Positions 48,218 to 61,200 are shown, numbered from the stretch's first letter. The stretch is 64,000 nucleotides of DNA from Zygnema circumcarinatum SAG 698-1b (GCA_037447605.1 CM074804.1:8533909-8597908), one strand, 5' to 3'. The notes: a model not told the origin generated them from the sequence alone. Numbers and translations: made by a program.

Positions 48218-49885
48218 TCAACGAAACACTGCAGTTCTTTGCTGGCTGCTTGCTTGTCGTCTGGTTCCGGACTTCACGAATTTATGCATTCCTTTCCTAG
48301 AACTGATGGAAACGGGCCCTTCCAGGAGATCTGGACTTAACCTGGGCCCTTCACCATACTCAACTTCCAATCTTTCTCTGAATTTGTCGTCGCTGCAGTC
48401 CAGAAGCCACTTCAAGCTTGCCTTATTCCCTACTGCTCCTGCTTCTTCAAACCGCGCTTGCAACTTATCAAGTGCTATAAGTAAAGAGTCGGGATAATCC
48501 GCAATCTCACTAAATTCCCTGCCAAGTTCCTGAACAAGATATTCTAAACGAGGACGGATTGTTTCGGAAATATTTGAACCAAGTAGCTGCGGACAATTGC
48601 GGATCAATTCACCAGCTTGTTGTCCAGAGAATCCATAATTCAAAAAGAAGTCAATTTTCTGATCAGCTTTGGATTTATTGATGACTAAAATCTGAGGGAG
48701 CTTCAGAATGAGCGCAGGCATCTCTTCTACAGAGAAACCAAATCTTTTTGTTAGCCAGGCTCTGACAGGCGTCAATCTTTCCTTAATTCGAAGCCCTAAG
48801 ACATCTGGGTATCGGCAAATAATTTCCCCTACATCCTCCCTCTGCACACCAATCTCTAGTAACTCCTCCACAGATCTCTGCATTTGATCTTCAAGCGAAA
48901 ACTGCAAAACGAAGGGATGCTTTTCAATTATCTGTGCCAATTTCTGTTTGCCGACGCCAAAACTGAGGAGAAAATCCATCTTTGGTTTCAAGTTGTTCGC
49001 TACTCGCATACCGAGGACTTCAGGTTGCGCAGTAATTACGTCTCCAACTGCACGGGGGTCCACCCCTAAGCTGACCAAATATGCAATACTCGTACTCATG
49101 GTACCTTCAAGCCTAAAACCCAAAATTTGCGGATAACGCACAAGTATTTTCTCGAGGTTCTTCCTTAGGATCCCCATTCCTTGAAGGTAATCAATGATCG
49201 GTTCCAAGTCAATCTTAACGCTGAAATAGAGCACCCTGGGGTACTTCTGTATGAGCTTCGGGAGTGATGCTCGGCCAATTGGAATGCCCTCTAAGTAATC
49301 CAAAACAGGGATGAAGTTTCTGCTTACACTGCAGCCTGCAAGAGGAGGAAACTCATTGATCAACTCTGCGGGGTTCAAGCCGAGAATGCGGAGAAACTCC
49401 AGACGCTCCCTCATGATATCCACATCCTCCGGTAGCGCCACTTCGCTGATGAGGTCAACATCCACGCCCTGCTCTTTCAAGAAGTTGAGCACCACATGCC
49501 TCTCCGGACTCGCTTCAGACTTGGCAGATGCATCCGGATCGCTGCATGCCTTGGGACTCACAAATCCTCTTTTCTGAATTCTCCTGCCGCCCATTTTCAA
49601 CTCCCATCCTTTCCGAGGCAGCGAGTTCATACGGCCTATGTTGTGCGAGATGTTGCGCAGTGCCAACTTTTGTTGTTTAAACGCAGCACTGTGCATAGAG
49701 GAGAATTCCGAAATTGGGCTAGTTCGCCAACTACTACAGAAATTTGGACCAGGAAATTCCTTTATTGGGCTGACATTCCACTTCCAGATTCCAGCACATG
49801 GGAGTAGGCGCCGCGCCGCCATGGCCCTGCCAGAGGCGGGAAGGAGGCGGCACTCGCAGAGAAGCCTTCCGAGGATGGCCGACAT
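48218..49885 (-). CDS. mTERF4: mTERF family protein, BSM/RUG2 (mTERF4)-like, intronless
   Basis: Long ORF with repeated YPxVLxxS/LxxxxxPxxxYL units, EGTMSTSIAYLVSLGV, and KWLLDCSDDKFRERL near the C-terminus. ATG at 49885 chosen because it gives a transit-peptide-like leader. Confidence 0.85.
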   Translation of the reverse strand: MSAILGRLLCECRLLPASGRAMAARRLLPCAGIWKWNVSPIKEFPGPNFCSSWRTSPISEFSSMHSAAFKQQKLALRNISHNIGRMNSLPRKGWELKMGGRRIQKRGFVSPKACSDPDASAKSEASPERHVVLNFLKEQGVDVDLISEVALPEDVDIMRERLEFLRILGLNPAELINEFPPLAGCSVSRNFIPVLDYLEGIPIGRASLPKLIQKYPRVLYFSVKIDLEPIIDYLQGMGILRKNLEKILVRYPQILGFRLEGTMSTSIAYLVSLGVDPRAVGDVITAQPEVLGMRVANNLKPKMDFLLSFGVGKQKLAQIIEKHPFVLQFSLEDQMQRSVEELLEIGVQREDVGEIICRYPDVLGLRIKERLTPVRAWLTKRFGFSVEEMPALILKLPQILVINKSKADQKIDFFLNYGFSGQQAGELIRNCPQLLGSNISETIRPRLEYLVQELGREFSEIADYPDSLLIALDKLQARFEEAGAVGNKASLKWLLDCSDDKFRERLEVEYGEGPRLSPDLLEGPVSISSRKGMHKFVKSGTRRQASSQQRTAVFR

Positions 49886-50554
49886 AGCCGAGGCTGCCTG
49901 ATACGGCTTCAGAGAACCGCCGCAAGGACGAGCACGGACGAGACGCCGCCGCTGCCGATTGCGGCTGCCGAACCGCCGACCGCCACCGCCACCGCCGCCA
50001 TGGCTACTCTCCTCCCTTTCTTGTCCCCCTCCCTCGTCTCGGACAGAGCACCATGTACGGGAATCATCCGTACAACCCTCGCTCTGTACAGTACTATGTA
50101 CGCACCGTATGAAAGAAGGGTGTGCGCGAATCGGCGGTTGCGGGAGGGAGGGAGAGAGAGTGGTGCGCGGAGTGGCCACTCGCTTCCTCTCTCTCTCTCT
50201 CTCACTCGGGCTGCAGAGAGGTGAGGAGAGGGAGGAGAGGCAACAATGCACGCCATGGCGTCAGGCAGAGGGCGCGCACTTAGAAGGTCGCACTCCGCTG
50301 GGAGAGGGGGGGGAGGGGGGCAAGCAGCAGCAGGCGAGTCCTTTTCGTTCACTCCCTCAGCGGTTGAAAATAACACATGCAAAGTTTGTACGCGTTACAA
50401 GAATTCCGTGTGGCAAATCCAGTGAAAGAATTTGACGCTCTGTAACAATTAAAATAATTTGGCTACTCTAATATTGATATGTATGGAGTTGCATTCCTAA
50501 CTTGTGACAAAATTGGCTTCCGAGCCTGACGTCCAGGCTCGCTGAGCTCATGCG

Positions 50555-52704
50555 CTACCCGTTGACCAGCGCGGCAGCTTGTGACTTGTCCGCCAAAGCG
50601 TCCACTGCTCCGCCATGGCCCCCTCTTCCCGCGGCTGCCCCGCCTCCTGCCTGCACCGCACTCCACGCCTTGCCTCCATAGTCGACCGCTTCGTCCAACC
50701 CAATAGCCCCTCCGTTTTCCACAGTGGAGTTCACGGGGTGCACCCCTCGGGCCTCGCAGCCGCACCCATCACCGCTGGCTGCTCCGCTCGCCTCCCGGCC
50801 GCCTCCATGGCGGGGTTCAGAGCCCGCCGCTTCCTGCACCGCGGGCGGCGCTGCAGCAGCGTCCCCGGAAGGCGGCGCCGCGGCCCTTTTCTCGGGCGGG
50901 TCGGGGAGAGGGCGAAGGGAAGGGTCTGCGCGGTTCCTCTCCGCCATTTCCAGCACAAGCTCCCTCAGCCACTGCGTTGTGATCTTGACCTCTTTGTTCA
51001 GCCTCTCTCTTATGTCCTGGTGGACTCGGAACCAACAGCCGAGCAGCTTGTGGACGTGCGCCCGAACCATGCGAGGTGGAACCGGATGCTTGTCGACCAA
51101 GTCCAAATACTCCAACATCAGGGATATCTGGTCGGGCTTTCCGGGCCCACCGTTCTCCTCTTCACCTCCCCCACTTCTGGGCATTCGAAAGCCACCGAAC
51201 AGGGCCGGATTTTCCAGCAACGATTCCGCTGACATTACCCCGTCTACCCCCGTCTCGCGCATGCAGTCCTCCGCGTCCTCGAGCCAGCGCACGTTGCCAT
51301 TGGCCAGGACGGGGATCTGCAGAGCCTCCTTGACGGCGCGGATGATGGTCCAGTCGGCACGTGTCGCCTTCTGGTTCTTCTGGTCGCGCGTGCGGCCGTG
51401 CACCGCCAGCAGCGAGCAGCCGGCCTCCTCCAGCATCAGGGCATACGCCAACGTCTCCTCGCGGGTCGGAAACACGCGGATCTTGCAGCTCACAGGGACC
51501 GGCAGATTATCGGCTAACTCTCGCACGAGGGAGCGGACTAGAGGGAGATTGTCCATTAGAAAGGAACCATAGTAACCACGTTTGGCTATCCGTTGAGGAC
51601 ATCTGGTGCACGGGAAGGGGAAAGCAGGCAGCTTCAACATGTCAGCGTGAAGTTATCGTCTGGATGCAACCATTCTAACCCAAAAGCAAATGTGCAACTC
51701 ATTGCCCTGAACCACTAGTCAGAGCAGTGACTCCGTTTCGACAGCTCCAGATAATGCATGCCCACTTCGTTGCCAATTGACGGAGTTTTTAGAGAACACA
51801 AAGCATCCCTCTGCTTTGAAGGTATCCCAAGCGCAGGTCAGAGCCTTCTCACCCCAAATTGATATCCACATAATCTGCGAACGGTGCTACAAGCTTTCCG
51901 GCTGCCAGCAAGGTTTCGGGGTTGTTGCCGCAAAATTGCACAAAAAGCGGGCGATCCTCCTGCAGCACGGCATGCATGAGGTTTAGGAGCCCGGCCCTTC
52001 CAAAAAAAGGAACGCGCCTTATGTTGGACATTCTGAAACAGGGTATGAAATCACGGAGGGAGAAAAAAGAGGCCCGGACGAAAATTCCCACGATGCTTCA
52101 TAGCTTGCATTGGTCACCCCGTAACCCAGAGTACAGCAAATAGTCGCAAATTCTGCTAATTTTTCGGTGTACCGGTCAGATAGCTTCCCAATTAGAAACT
52201 GGCTCCAAGCAGCAAAGGTCACTCCGCTAAAACAAAACCCCATTAAAAGGTTTAAAAGTGGGTTCTACCCACCTCGCAAGTTGTGAATTCCCGGCGATAC
52301 TTGGGGTCTTCTGCATAGAGTCGGCTGTGAAGCATGGGCGTGTAGGCCGCGTCTGCGCCATAGCGGCGGCACAGAAGGCGGAAGGGAAGCTCCGACTGGT
52401 CCACCATGGGCGCCACGTGAAACTTTGGCGACCCGAGCTTTCGGAAGTGAGCCCAGGCGGCTGCCACGTGGTTGTTCACAATCGGCAGAGCGGGGCCCAC
52501 GGAGCAGCAGCGCTCCGCCTCGCAGTCCAGCTCCTCCCTTTCGCTCCCCGGGAGCTTCGCCTTCTTCAGGGGAGCAGGGCGCCCCCCATCCTCCCCCTCC
52601 TCCTCCTCTCCCGGCAGTCTTTCACCGCACTTTCTTTCCTGCTTGAGGGTTCTCGCTTCAGCCATGGCCGCCCCCTCCCCTTCCCGCGGCTCGCCCTGCC
52701 CCAT
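50555..52704 (-). CDS. DUS1: tRNA-dihydrouridine synthase DUS1-like, 3 exons
   Basis: [88 protein letters not shown]. Confidence 0.93.
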
Positions 52705-53176
52705 GGCCCCCTCCAGAGCCGGCGGGAGGCGGCAGGGCGGCCACCTCGCGCGGAGAAGCTGCCACGTGGTCCCCGCACGTGCGGCGCCCGCCCGCCCGCG
52801 CCCCGCCAGCATTGCGGCCCGGCCGCAAACCTCACCCGCGTTCCATGTGGCGCATCATCCGTACAGTTACGTACCGCGCACCACTTCCTTCCACGTGCCT
52901 CTATTCTGCATAGGCGCACCTTGGAATGTGCAGTACCGTCACGTGGCGATCTATTATTGGCTTTGCTGGAAGCAAATCCATAAACGCGATTTCATTGGCT
53001 CGTACAGAGCGTGAGCAGTACGGTGCCGTACGAATATGGCCGGCCACGTGGCGGGCAGGGAGGGCCCCGCGGCCCCGCCCCCTCGCAGGAGGCGCCGCGT
53101 GGCGGGGCCGCTCTTGAGGGAGGGAGGGAAAGCCTCGCTCATCGGCTGCGCCGCAGAGAGTTCCGCTCGCTCCGCC
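52705..53176. promoter_or_regulatory. Bidirectional CpG-rich promoter region between DUS1 and the LarC2-like gene
   Basis: About 470 bp between divergent ATGs, with several CACGTG (G-box) and six GTAC cores. Confidence 0.5.
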
Positions 53177-55324
53177 ATGGCCCTCCAAGGAACACTCCAC
53201 GTGGCACATCTTCCTGCCATGTCATGCGGAGCTGCCACGTGGAGGCCGTCCTGGTGTGCCACCTGGCAGTCTCCCGGCAGGTCTCTGCTGGAGAGGTTCC
53301 TCAGGCAGCGCACGGGGAGAAGCCACTTGGCGATCGTAGGAAGGAGAAACCCAGCGGTGTGCGGCGCGTGGAAGGAAAGAAGGGAGGACGGCGCGCGTGC
53401 GGCCCTCTGGGGAGCCCCTCCTCCTAAGGGGGCGGGGGAGCCCGAGGTCAGAACTCAGCCCACCCCCCTGCATGGCGGCGAGAGTCAAGCGCGAGAGAGA
53501 GGGGGTGGATATGGGGGAGGAGGGATGGTGGAGGGTGAGGTAATGTAGTTGGGAGGAATAAAGGAGACGAGCAAATGAAAACGGGAGAGTGGACGAGCGT
53601 TAAGGGGTGTGAGTGGGATATGGAGAGATGTGTGAAGAAAGGAAGAGGGGAAGGACGGTGCTTTTCCCTTTCCGTATGGGCTAAATTCATGTCGAGTATT
53701 ACGTTGTTGGCCTGCTTCTCGTCTACTCTCCCATTCCCTTTTATCATCTTTCTTCCGAAAAGGAGAGAGGAAGAGGATCTAGCGGGGACATCGTCTGTAA
53801 GGCAACTTGAACTCGAACTTGAACTCCCTGCTTGGAGTGGCCGGGACGGGGGGCCGTGCAGGTGCGCGACGACGGGCTGGTCGTGCAGCAGCTGGTCACC
53901 TTGGAGACCAACATCGACGACATGACGGCGGAAGTGGTGAGCTGCCTGAATAGCGCGTGAGGGGAGCTCGTTCGCAAAAACCGCTTCACACATCCATGTA
54001 GTCGTCGCTGTGTATGTAATTTGAAGCCAATCAGCGCATACCAGTTTGCCCGGCGATAGCTCTCTGGCTTCTTCTTATTAATTCCGTTCCTTTCAACTTT
54101 GCGGGGCTTGAGATGGTGGCAGCTGGCGTATGTCATGGAGCAGCTCTTAAAAGCTGGGGCGCTTGATGTGTGGGCGATTGGAGTAAGTGCAAACAGTTTT
54201 CCTTCCCCCCAACCCCTAACAGAAAAAAGAAAAGGGGAAGAATGCGTTCGCATGAGTGAAACACGGAGTTTGCATGGCAAAAGCACTCGAAGATGAGTTT
54301 TGTGCTTGATGGCTATGGCTATGGTACGTGCGATGCAGCGGCCAACTGGACGCAGTCCTCTGCTATTTTAATGTTGTTGGGCGGATTCCAAATTGTAAGG
54401 GTTTTCTCTTGACTAGCTGAAGAATCTCTCAAGTGCAGGCCGTCATGAAGAAGGGGCGGGCGGGTCAAATTTTGCACGTCTTGTGTCGAGTTGACCAGGC
54501 CGACACCCTTCTGCGCCTCATTCTCCGGGTCAGAAGTCAGCCTATCCTTTCATTTTTCCGTGCGCAGAACCTGTAAACAGTAACAGCAGCATTCGAGAGA
54601 AAGCAGGAACAACCAGCTGTCCTTAGGTTGGCGAGCTTCGTCGCGGCTAATATCCAGCAAGTATGAAGCAAGGAGAAATATGTCTGTCGTAGGTGTGAAG
54701 TATAGCAAGCTATCGGATAGCGAGTTACTGCTGCGTAACGACGAAATCGCTTGAACAATGCAGGAGACGACTACGCTCGGCGTGCGAGTGAGTGGATGTG
54801 AGAGAGTGAGTCTCCAGCGGGTGATGGAGAGCGCCCACACGCCATGGGGATGGGTGCCTGTCAAGGCGGCGTACATGGACGGGGCGTTGGTACCTTCTGC
54901 CCTGTTTCTCTCTCGGCAGGCTGTTGAGTTCATTTGCAATGGTTGTTGTGGAGTCATTGGAGGGCAAAAGTTAAGTTAAGTTTACATCATGCCTCTTGCC
55001 TTCCCAGGTGACCATGCATGCAGAGTATGACGACTGTGCGGCTCTCGCTCGGAGGCACAATGTTCCGCTCAAGGTGAGACGGAAGCACTTACAGGCTTCG
55101 ACGGCCGCATGAAGGGTTGCTGTCCATATGCTTGATGTTTCCTCGATACAAGATGCGCATGTGCACTCGCCTTTCTCGCCCCCTGAAAGCAGCTGTGAAC
55201 ATGCGACCCGTCCAAGCTGATTTGGCTACTCGAAGTGCTCACTTTTCAGGTGGTTATCGATACGGCGCACAAAAGCTTTCTGGAAAGCGAGCGGACGGAA
55301 CGCAAGGCTCTGGGCCTCCCCTGA
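53177..55324 (+). CDS. larC: LarC (nickel-pincer cofactor Ni-insertase family) C-terminal domain only, with transit-peptide-like leader; 7 exons, 253 aa
   Basis: Exons 53177-53446, 53862-53936, 54123-54182, 54439-54528, 54764-54889, 55008-55073 and 55250-55324, all phase 0: [29 protein letters not shown]...MKKGRAG...ETTTLGVR...TPWGWVPVK...EYDDCAALARRHNVPLK. Confidence 0.88.
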
Positions 55325-56053
55325 TGGCCCTTCTGTGAGGATGGAAACGGAAATGGCCAGCCACTGCCATGCGCTGAGGAAATGGCGTCGCTGGGAGCCG
55401 AATGTATTTTACTGGTGTTGACGTGTACAGTCTGTAACAGTTTTGACGCCCAGACACGTGCCTCCACTTCCTCTGGTCAACGTTTCTTCAAGCAGCTGGC
55501 CGCCAGCTGTTGGAAGAGGTCTGCAATCCACAAAATTTTGTTGTGGTTACTTGTGGGGCCGTGCAGCTGGTTGCGACTGTTTTTTTTTGTTCATTATGAG
55601 CAATAGTACAATTGTCCAATTTTAGTTCCTACGAGAGCATTGCTGAGCTGTAATGGCCATGTTGACACCCTTCCCTTGCTGACTGTGGATGCCTTTCTCT
55701 CTCATCTGCCATATTATTGCGAATGAATCTTTTGCACTCGTTGACCAGCAACCATGCTGCTACTTGGATGAATGGTAACCTCTTGAAGATGCTAACCCTC
55801 TACTACCCAACTCTAACTTGGCAACTAGAAACTACTCCCCAAAAATGCTGCTGCAAAGGACAAATAATACAGCCTAAATGACAGCAAAGATTTGCATCAG
55901 ACATACAACGCCTGCTCCATCAACTTTTCTCCAATAGCTGACAAACTGGCGAAAATATAGGCTAGCTCTATATATGTGAACTTATTCAGATCCATCTCCA
56001 TCGAGCACAATGCTCCTATCCACGAACCAATGACGAATGTAAATCCCCATACA

Positions 56054-57094
56054 TCACCACCAACAAAGTTGATCTCGGAAGACCATGCCCAGCTGTTCGT
56101 CACTTCCAGGATTGCCGTCTTCGTCAATTCGCTTTATTCTGAAGTTCAGTGCTACCTTCTCCACGGCTATCTGGCTCAGTTCTGAAAGGCATGTCAGACC
56201 GAAGTCGTTATCTGTAGAGCCGACTGCACCGACTGTGATATTCACCTCAAGTGATAATAACCCATTAGAAGGGGTCATAACGCATCTTCTGCGAAGATTC
56301 TGCGTAATGCACACCCTGTCTTGCTGGCCCATGCGAAACACTTTCACATAGCATATCTCCCATTTGCGTGATTGACCATCAGAACTTATACTAAAGCACT
56401 GGCCTTGAAACTTGTTCTCTGGTATGAGCGAAGCGTAACGATGATCCGACTTCCGCAACAAGCTGCAACTCAACTTCAGGCCATGCTCCAAAAGGAAACA
56501 CATAATCCCATCGTCGAATTCAACATGTTCGCTGCGAGCAGCTTTCCTTCTTGTCGCAGGAATCGTGAATCTCCTAACGTAAGATGCTGCGAAGTCAGAA
56601 AATTCCTGGACTACCCTGTTTGAAACAATGGTGGCGCTGCTTAAGCCCCTTGACGGATCATAAGTGAGCTGGCTACCCCCAAGAACAGTCTCGGACATTA
56701 TGTTTCTTCCCATAAAGTTAAGATCAACGAACAAGATGTAGTCATGCATGCCACCTGGTACAATCTCGCGTGAAAGAACGTAGTTCTCCGACCTTCCTGC
56801 CTTTTCCACCTCTGGTCGAACACGACTTGAATAAAATGATTTATATCCTCCAGCTTTTTCAACGTGTGCTTGAATTTCTGCCTCGGCGACTGAAGAAGGC
56901 CACCGAATAGAGCACGTCTCCTCCCACAGACGGTCGTCGGGTATCAATGTATTGAAAAGTTTGCAAACGCAACAAAGCCTTGCCAAGTCCTTCGGATCCG
57001 TCAGGAATCTGAGTACTGGAAGTATGATCTCCTCTCTCTCCAGTCCGAAGGTAGCCTGCTCTATTTCTTGTAAACCTGACATCTTGTTATGCAT
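56054..57094 (-). CDS. F-box protein, single coding exon
   Basis: EEIILPVLRFLTDPKDLARLCCVCKLFNTLIPDDRLWEETCSIRWP is an F-box motif. The C-terminal domain was not recognised. Confidence 0.85.
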   Translation of the reverse strand: MHNKMSGLQEIEQATFGLEREEIILPVLRFLTDPKDLARLCCVCKLFNTLIPDDRLWEETCSIRWPSSVAEAEIQAHVEKAGGYKSFYSSRVRPEVEKAGRSENYVLSREIVPGGMHDYILFVDLNFMGRNIMSETVLGGSQLTYDPSRGLSSATIVSNRVVQEFSDFAASYVRRFTIPATRRKAARSEHVEFDDGIMCFLLEHGLKLSCSLLRKSDHRYASLIPENKFQGQCFSISSDGQSRKWEICYVKVFRMGQQDRVCITQNLRRRCVMTPSNGLLSLEVNITVGAVGSTDNDFGLTCLSELSQIAVEKVALNFRIKRIDEDGNPGSDEQLGMVFRDQLCWW

Positions 57095-57766
57095 CCATAC
57101 AAGCCTATGCCTGTCGCAAGTCTGCTGAAAAATGCTTCCTTGCTTCTTGGAACTGGAACCGCATCCAGTGAAATCAAGCACACAGAGAAAAAAAAAGTAA
57201 AGCAGCGTTAAACATATAATATTATCTTATTCATGCAAATAAACAAACTTCATCAATCTATTCATACACGGTTATGGATGCTCCACGACCACTTGATTCC
57301 CCCGAAAAGATGAAACCGAAGTCATCAGACAATGAGATTGCGGAAACCTGCCGATACATTGGAGCAAGGATTCCATGCATGCCCTTACCGTTCGAAGTCT
57401 TAAATAGCTGGCTGCAGTCTGATGCTTGGAAACCGAACAAAGCCGCAGTGCACCGTGGTCCTGAAACAGCCAAGGCCTTTGTCAAGTGATGGCAAAGCAG
57501 CAGTTCGTTCCAGGCACAAGGAGTGCTTGCTTGGCCAGCTGGCCGCCTCGCCTCCTTCTCCTCCCTCTCCCCTTTCCCTCCCCCTCGCCTCCTCCCTCCC
57601 GGTGCCCGCCTGCAGGCGGCAGGCCAGGCCATGCAGGAGCGAGCGAAGCCGGCGGGCGGAAAATGTTCGAATTTGAAGGAGCGGCCCCGGCCGCCTCGCC
57701 GATATTTGGCCGCTCTTTGGCGGGGGGCGGGAGCCAGCGGCGCGGCGCTCGTCTCCAGACATTGGA

Positions 57767-58090
57767 CCCAACGGTTGCACCCGCCCGTTTCGCTGGCAAC
57801 CAATGGCTGCCTCGCTCCGGGAAGCCAAACAATGAATTTGCAGGCATTTGCAACCACCAACCGTTGGCAGCGGATTCACGCAACCATTGCGTATGGTTGG
57901 TTTGGTCCGCCCTTCCATTCGTGCAAGCGAGGGCCAACCCTTGCTCGAGGTTCGACCCCCATCCCAGATCGTACACGCAGGGAGGGACGGGCAGGCCCGC
58001 CAAACCACCGCCCTTCCAACAACACGCGTTCAACCGTTGGAGACAAACCAACGCAAAGTGCCAACCACTGCCAGCCCCTGCCAACGGTTG
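57767..58090. promoter_or_regulatory. Cluster of four MSA-like (CAACGGTTG) elements in the F-box/FPA divergent promoter
   Basis: cccaacggttg at 57767, ccaaccgttgg at 57857, tcaaccgttgg at 58030, gccaacggttg at 58080. Confidence 0.5.
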
Positions 58091-58293
58091 CCCGACTCGT
58101 GGTTTGCCGGCAGGGGCCTGCGCGCTGATTGGGCGGCGGCGGCGACGGGGAACAACGGGGAACAGGGAATCGGAAACAGGAAACAGGGCGCATGGAACGG
58201 AGCGTGGGCGGGCCGGCCCCTGTCCCTGTCCGCGTGCGCGCCTGGCGGCGGCCTCGGCTTGGCTTTTAGGGTTGGTTGGGTGGCTGGGGTGGC

Positions 58294-61200
58294 CATGGAA
58301 TACCGTCTGGAGGTGCTGCGCGCGGAGGACCGCCGGGAGGTCGCCTACCAGGACGGGATGGCCTCCTTTGGCGTCAGTCCCTCTCCTCTCATTGCCTGTC
58401 AATCGTTTTATAGTCTCTCGTCTTGTCTCTGCTTCGTGAATCCTGTATTTCGTACTGGTTGTGTGATTCAGCCTTTTCCCTACCTTTATTTTCCACTTTA
58501 CATTAGCTTCTTTGTTTCATCGCAATATCAATCCGCGTCCCTGTTTGTCTGTCTGTCTCGATCTCCTCTATCCCTTTCCCTGTGTCTTGGCGGCATGTAG
58601 TGGCGAAGTATACGGAACAAGAGGATGTTCGTGGAGCCGAATGTCTCTCAGTGACATCTTCCGTCATATTTTTCGGCCTTTTGCAGAGAAGGATCCTCTT
58701 TCTGCTTGTCTTATAATACTTTACCCGGGTCAATTGGTCCACCTGAAGCTCACAAATTCTTGGTCTTTCGTGTGGGGCAACCTCAGGATATTTCGTTCAA
58801 GGGCTCGTATCCGGTGGATCACGGTCCCCGTGTGGAAGAGCGAATCCGATTGGAGGAGCGGAGGTATGGCTCTCAGCGCGAGGGCCATCCTCGGGAGCGA
58901 GACGCTCCTCCGCGGCACCGAGAGGAGGAGTCGGCTACAGGCCCCTCGCGCCACCTCTGGGTGGGCAACGTCAGCTCCGATGTGACCGACGAGATGCTGC
59001 AGGAGCGCTTTGCCAAGTACGGGGAGGTCGAAAGTGCCACAGTCTATGGCCTTCGGAACTACGCGTTTGTGAATTTCAGGAACGTGGACGACGCTGCGGC
59101 TGCAAAGCGGGCTTTGCAAGGCATAACGATCAAAGGCGGTCTCCCAATAAGAATTGAATTTGCTAAAGGAGTAAGTTACACAATTTCCCTTTTCTTTCTT
59201 CTCAGAAGTAGGATGGGCTTACGGTTGCATGCTGTTGTATTTACTTCCTCCCCATATGCGCTAAAAGAATGGACTGAACGTTTGTCATGTTGCCTTGTCT
59301 AAAAAGACTAAGGATGCTTTGCTTGTCTCCGTTTGGTAGCAGGCAAGACCCAGTAGACACCTTTGGGTGGGAGGAATTTCTCCTAACGTGACAAGGCAAC
59401 AGTTGGAGTCGGAGTTTCAGCGTTACGGCAGACTTGAAGATTTTAGGTTTCTGCGGGACCGCAACTGCGCACATGTGGATTACGCCCAGCAAGACGACGC
59501 AGTGGCTGCTGTAGAGGGCCTCAATGGCAAGGTTCTCGGAGAGGAAGCGTTGAGGGTGGAGTATGGCCGTACACCTTACAGAGGATCAGCTAAGGTGAGG
59601 ATTATGACTTCTGAACCGTGTGAAATGTTTTAGACTTTCAGAACCAGGTTTTCCCTTTCAGCTCCTGCTTTTAGTCATCCTTAGAGAAGTCCTCCTCGTT
59701 TTCCAACGGAGACAGAAGAACTGGGTTTCTGTACGGCAAATTCTGTTTATTTAGTAGTTTATACATTCAGTGAAGAAATCCAATTCATTTGATGAAATAC
59801 GGAATCTGTCTTTCCTGCAGTCTTTCGGTGTAGGTTGGAGCCTTGAAGTTAGTTGGCTCTTCTGTTCCTCTCCCTCCCCTTTCTTTTTGGCGATAGCAAC
59901 AATACCTGACTGAGACAAAGTTTGCTTGACCCATTTCATTGACTAAGACCTTCTTCACAGAATAATTTCCTGGATGTTGTGTTTACAGGATACGCGCCCC
60001 GCAGCATTTGACGACAGGGACAGGCTTAAAGATCATGCAACAACGCCTGCAGATTCGACTCGCCGTCGCGAGACTGAACGTGAGCCTCGTCCTCAGGCAG
60101 ATCGAGGATTCCAAACAGAGGTATGTATAGCTAGCTGGCTATCTTTTGTCCTTCCTCCTTCGACATTGATATGTTTTGGCCAAAAAATGGTACAGGTCAT
60201 TTTTATGTTGAAGCGCTTAGCATGTGTACTTGGTCACCGAGAGCATTTTGAAGGCGGATGGCTTGTCATTTGCGTTGAGCAACTGTGGTATATCTGCATG
60301 ACTCATTGTCGAGGTTTCATAACTAGCTACACGACTCAGCTAAACAGTTTATGGGGATTGTTTTCAGACCCTTTCAACTGAGATTTGTTCTTTGAAAGGT
60401 TTCTCTCTTCTAATGACGGCAAGAGTAGCTCTGCTAGAGTTATTGTTCTTGGGTTCTGTTACTAAAATGGTGTCGCTCACCGTCTTTATTGCCAGGGTGG
60501 AGGATCTGGACCTGGTGAGGGTGAACCAAGTGAGGTGCTTTGGGTAGGCTTTCCACTGTATATCCAAGTGGATGACGATATTTTGCACAAGGAGTTTTGT
60601 TCGTTTGGGGAAATTGTTCGCATCAAAACCTTTCCTGGGAGGACATATGGGTTTGTTCAATTCTCGCGTGTTGAAGATGCTGCTAGGGCGAAAGACGAGT
60701 TAGAAGGAAAACTCTTCGATGATCCTCGCGTGCATATCAAGTTTTCAAAATCTGTTCCAATTGGCCACTCGGATCCCCCACGTGAGGAGGGGACTTATCG
60801 GGAGGCTGCTTCATCTCGCCATGGATTTGTAAATGAGCGACACCTTGCAGCTCCTAGTTCATATCGGCCTGTCAGCCCACCGGAACGACCCGGTGCGTTG
60901 ACAAGAAGAGATTTGACGTCGACTAGGGGTTTGACCACCAGGACTGGACTACCAATTGATGATGCGGAATATATTTCTACTGTGCTGACTCGCGCAGGAT
61001 TGGCTCCCCGCAGTATCGTACGCGCTGGTTATGATGACTGGCAGGATGGGGGTCCTGGCGAGGAGGACAGTTTCAGGGATCGTAGAGAGGCGAAGCGACG
61101 ACGCTTTGGTGGATATCTTGACGCGCCTTACGATGATGTTGCATCTTTCGGTCCTTCGGATGGAGTGAGACGCGCCTATGAGCTAGGAAGGGAACACGCT

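Noticed and set aside
48218-50251. 677-aa mTERF starting at 50251
   Set aside because: The upstream extension runs through GA-repeat and promoter-like sequence and starts at a non-ATG codon. ATG 49885 is more plausible.
50615-51678. Long plus-strand ORFs opposite DUS1, and similar antisense ORFs at 6.4-7.5, 15-15.9, 19.2-19.9, 44.3-45.2 and 57.3-58.6 kb
   Set aside because: They are shadow frames of GC-rich exons or CpG islands, with low-complexity translations and no motifs.
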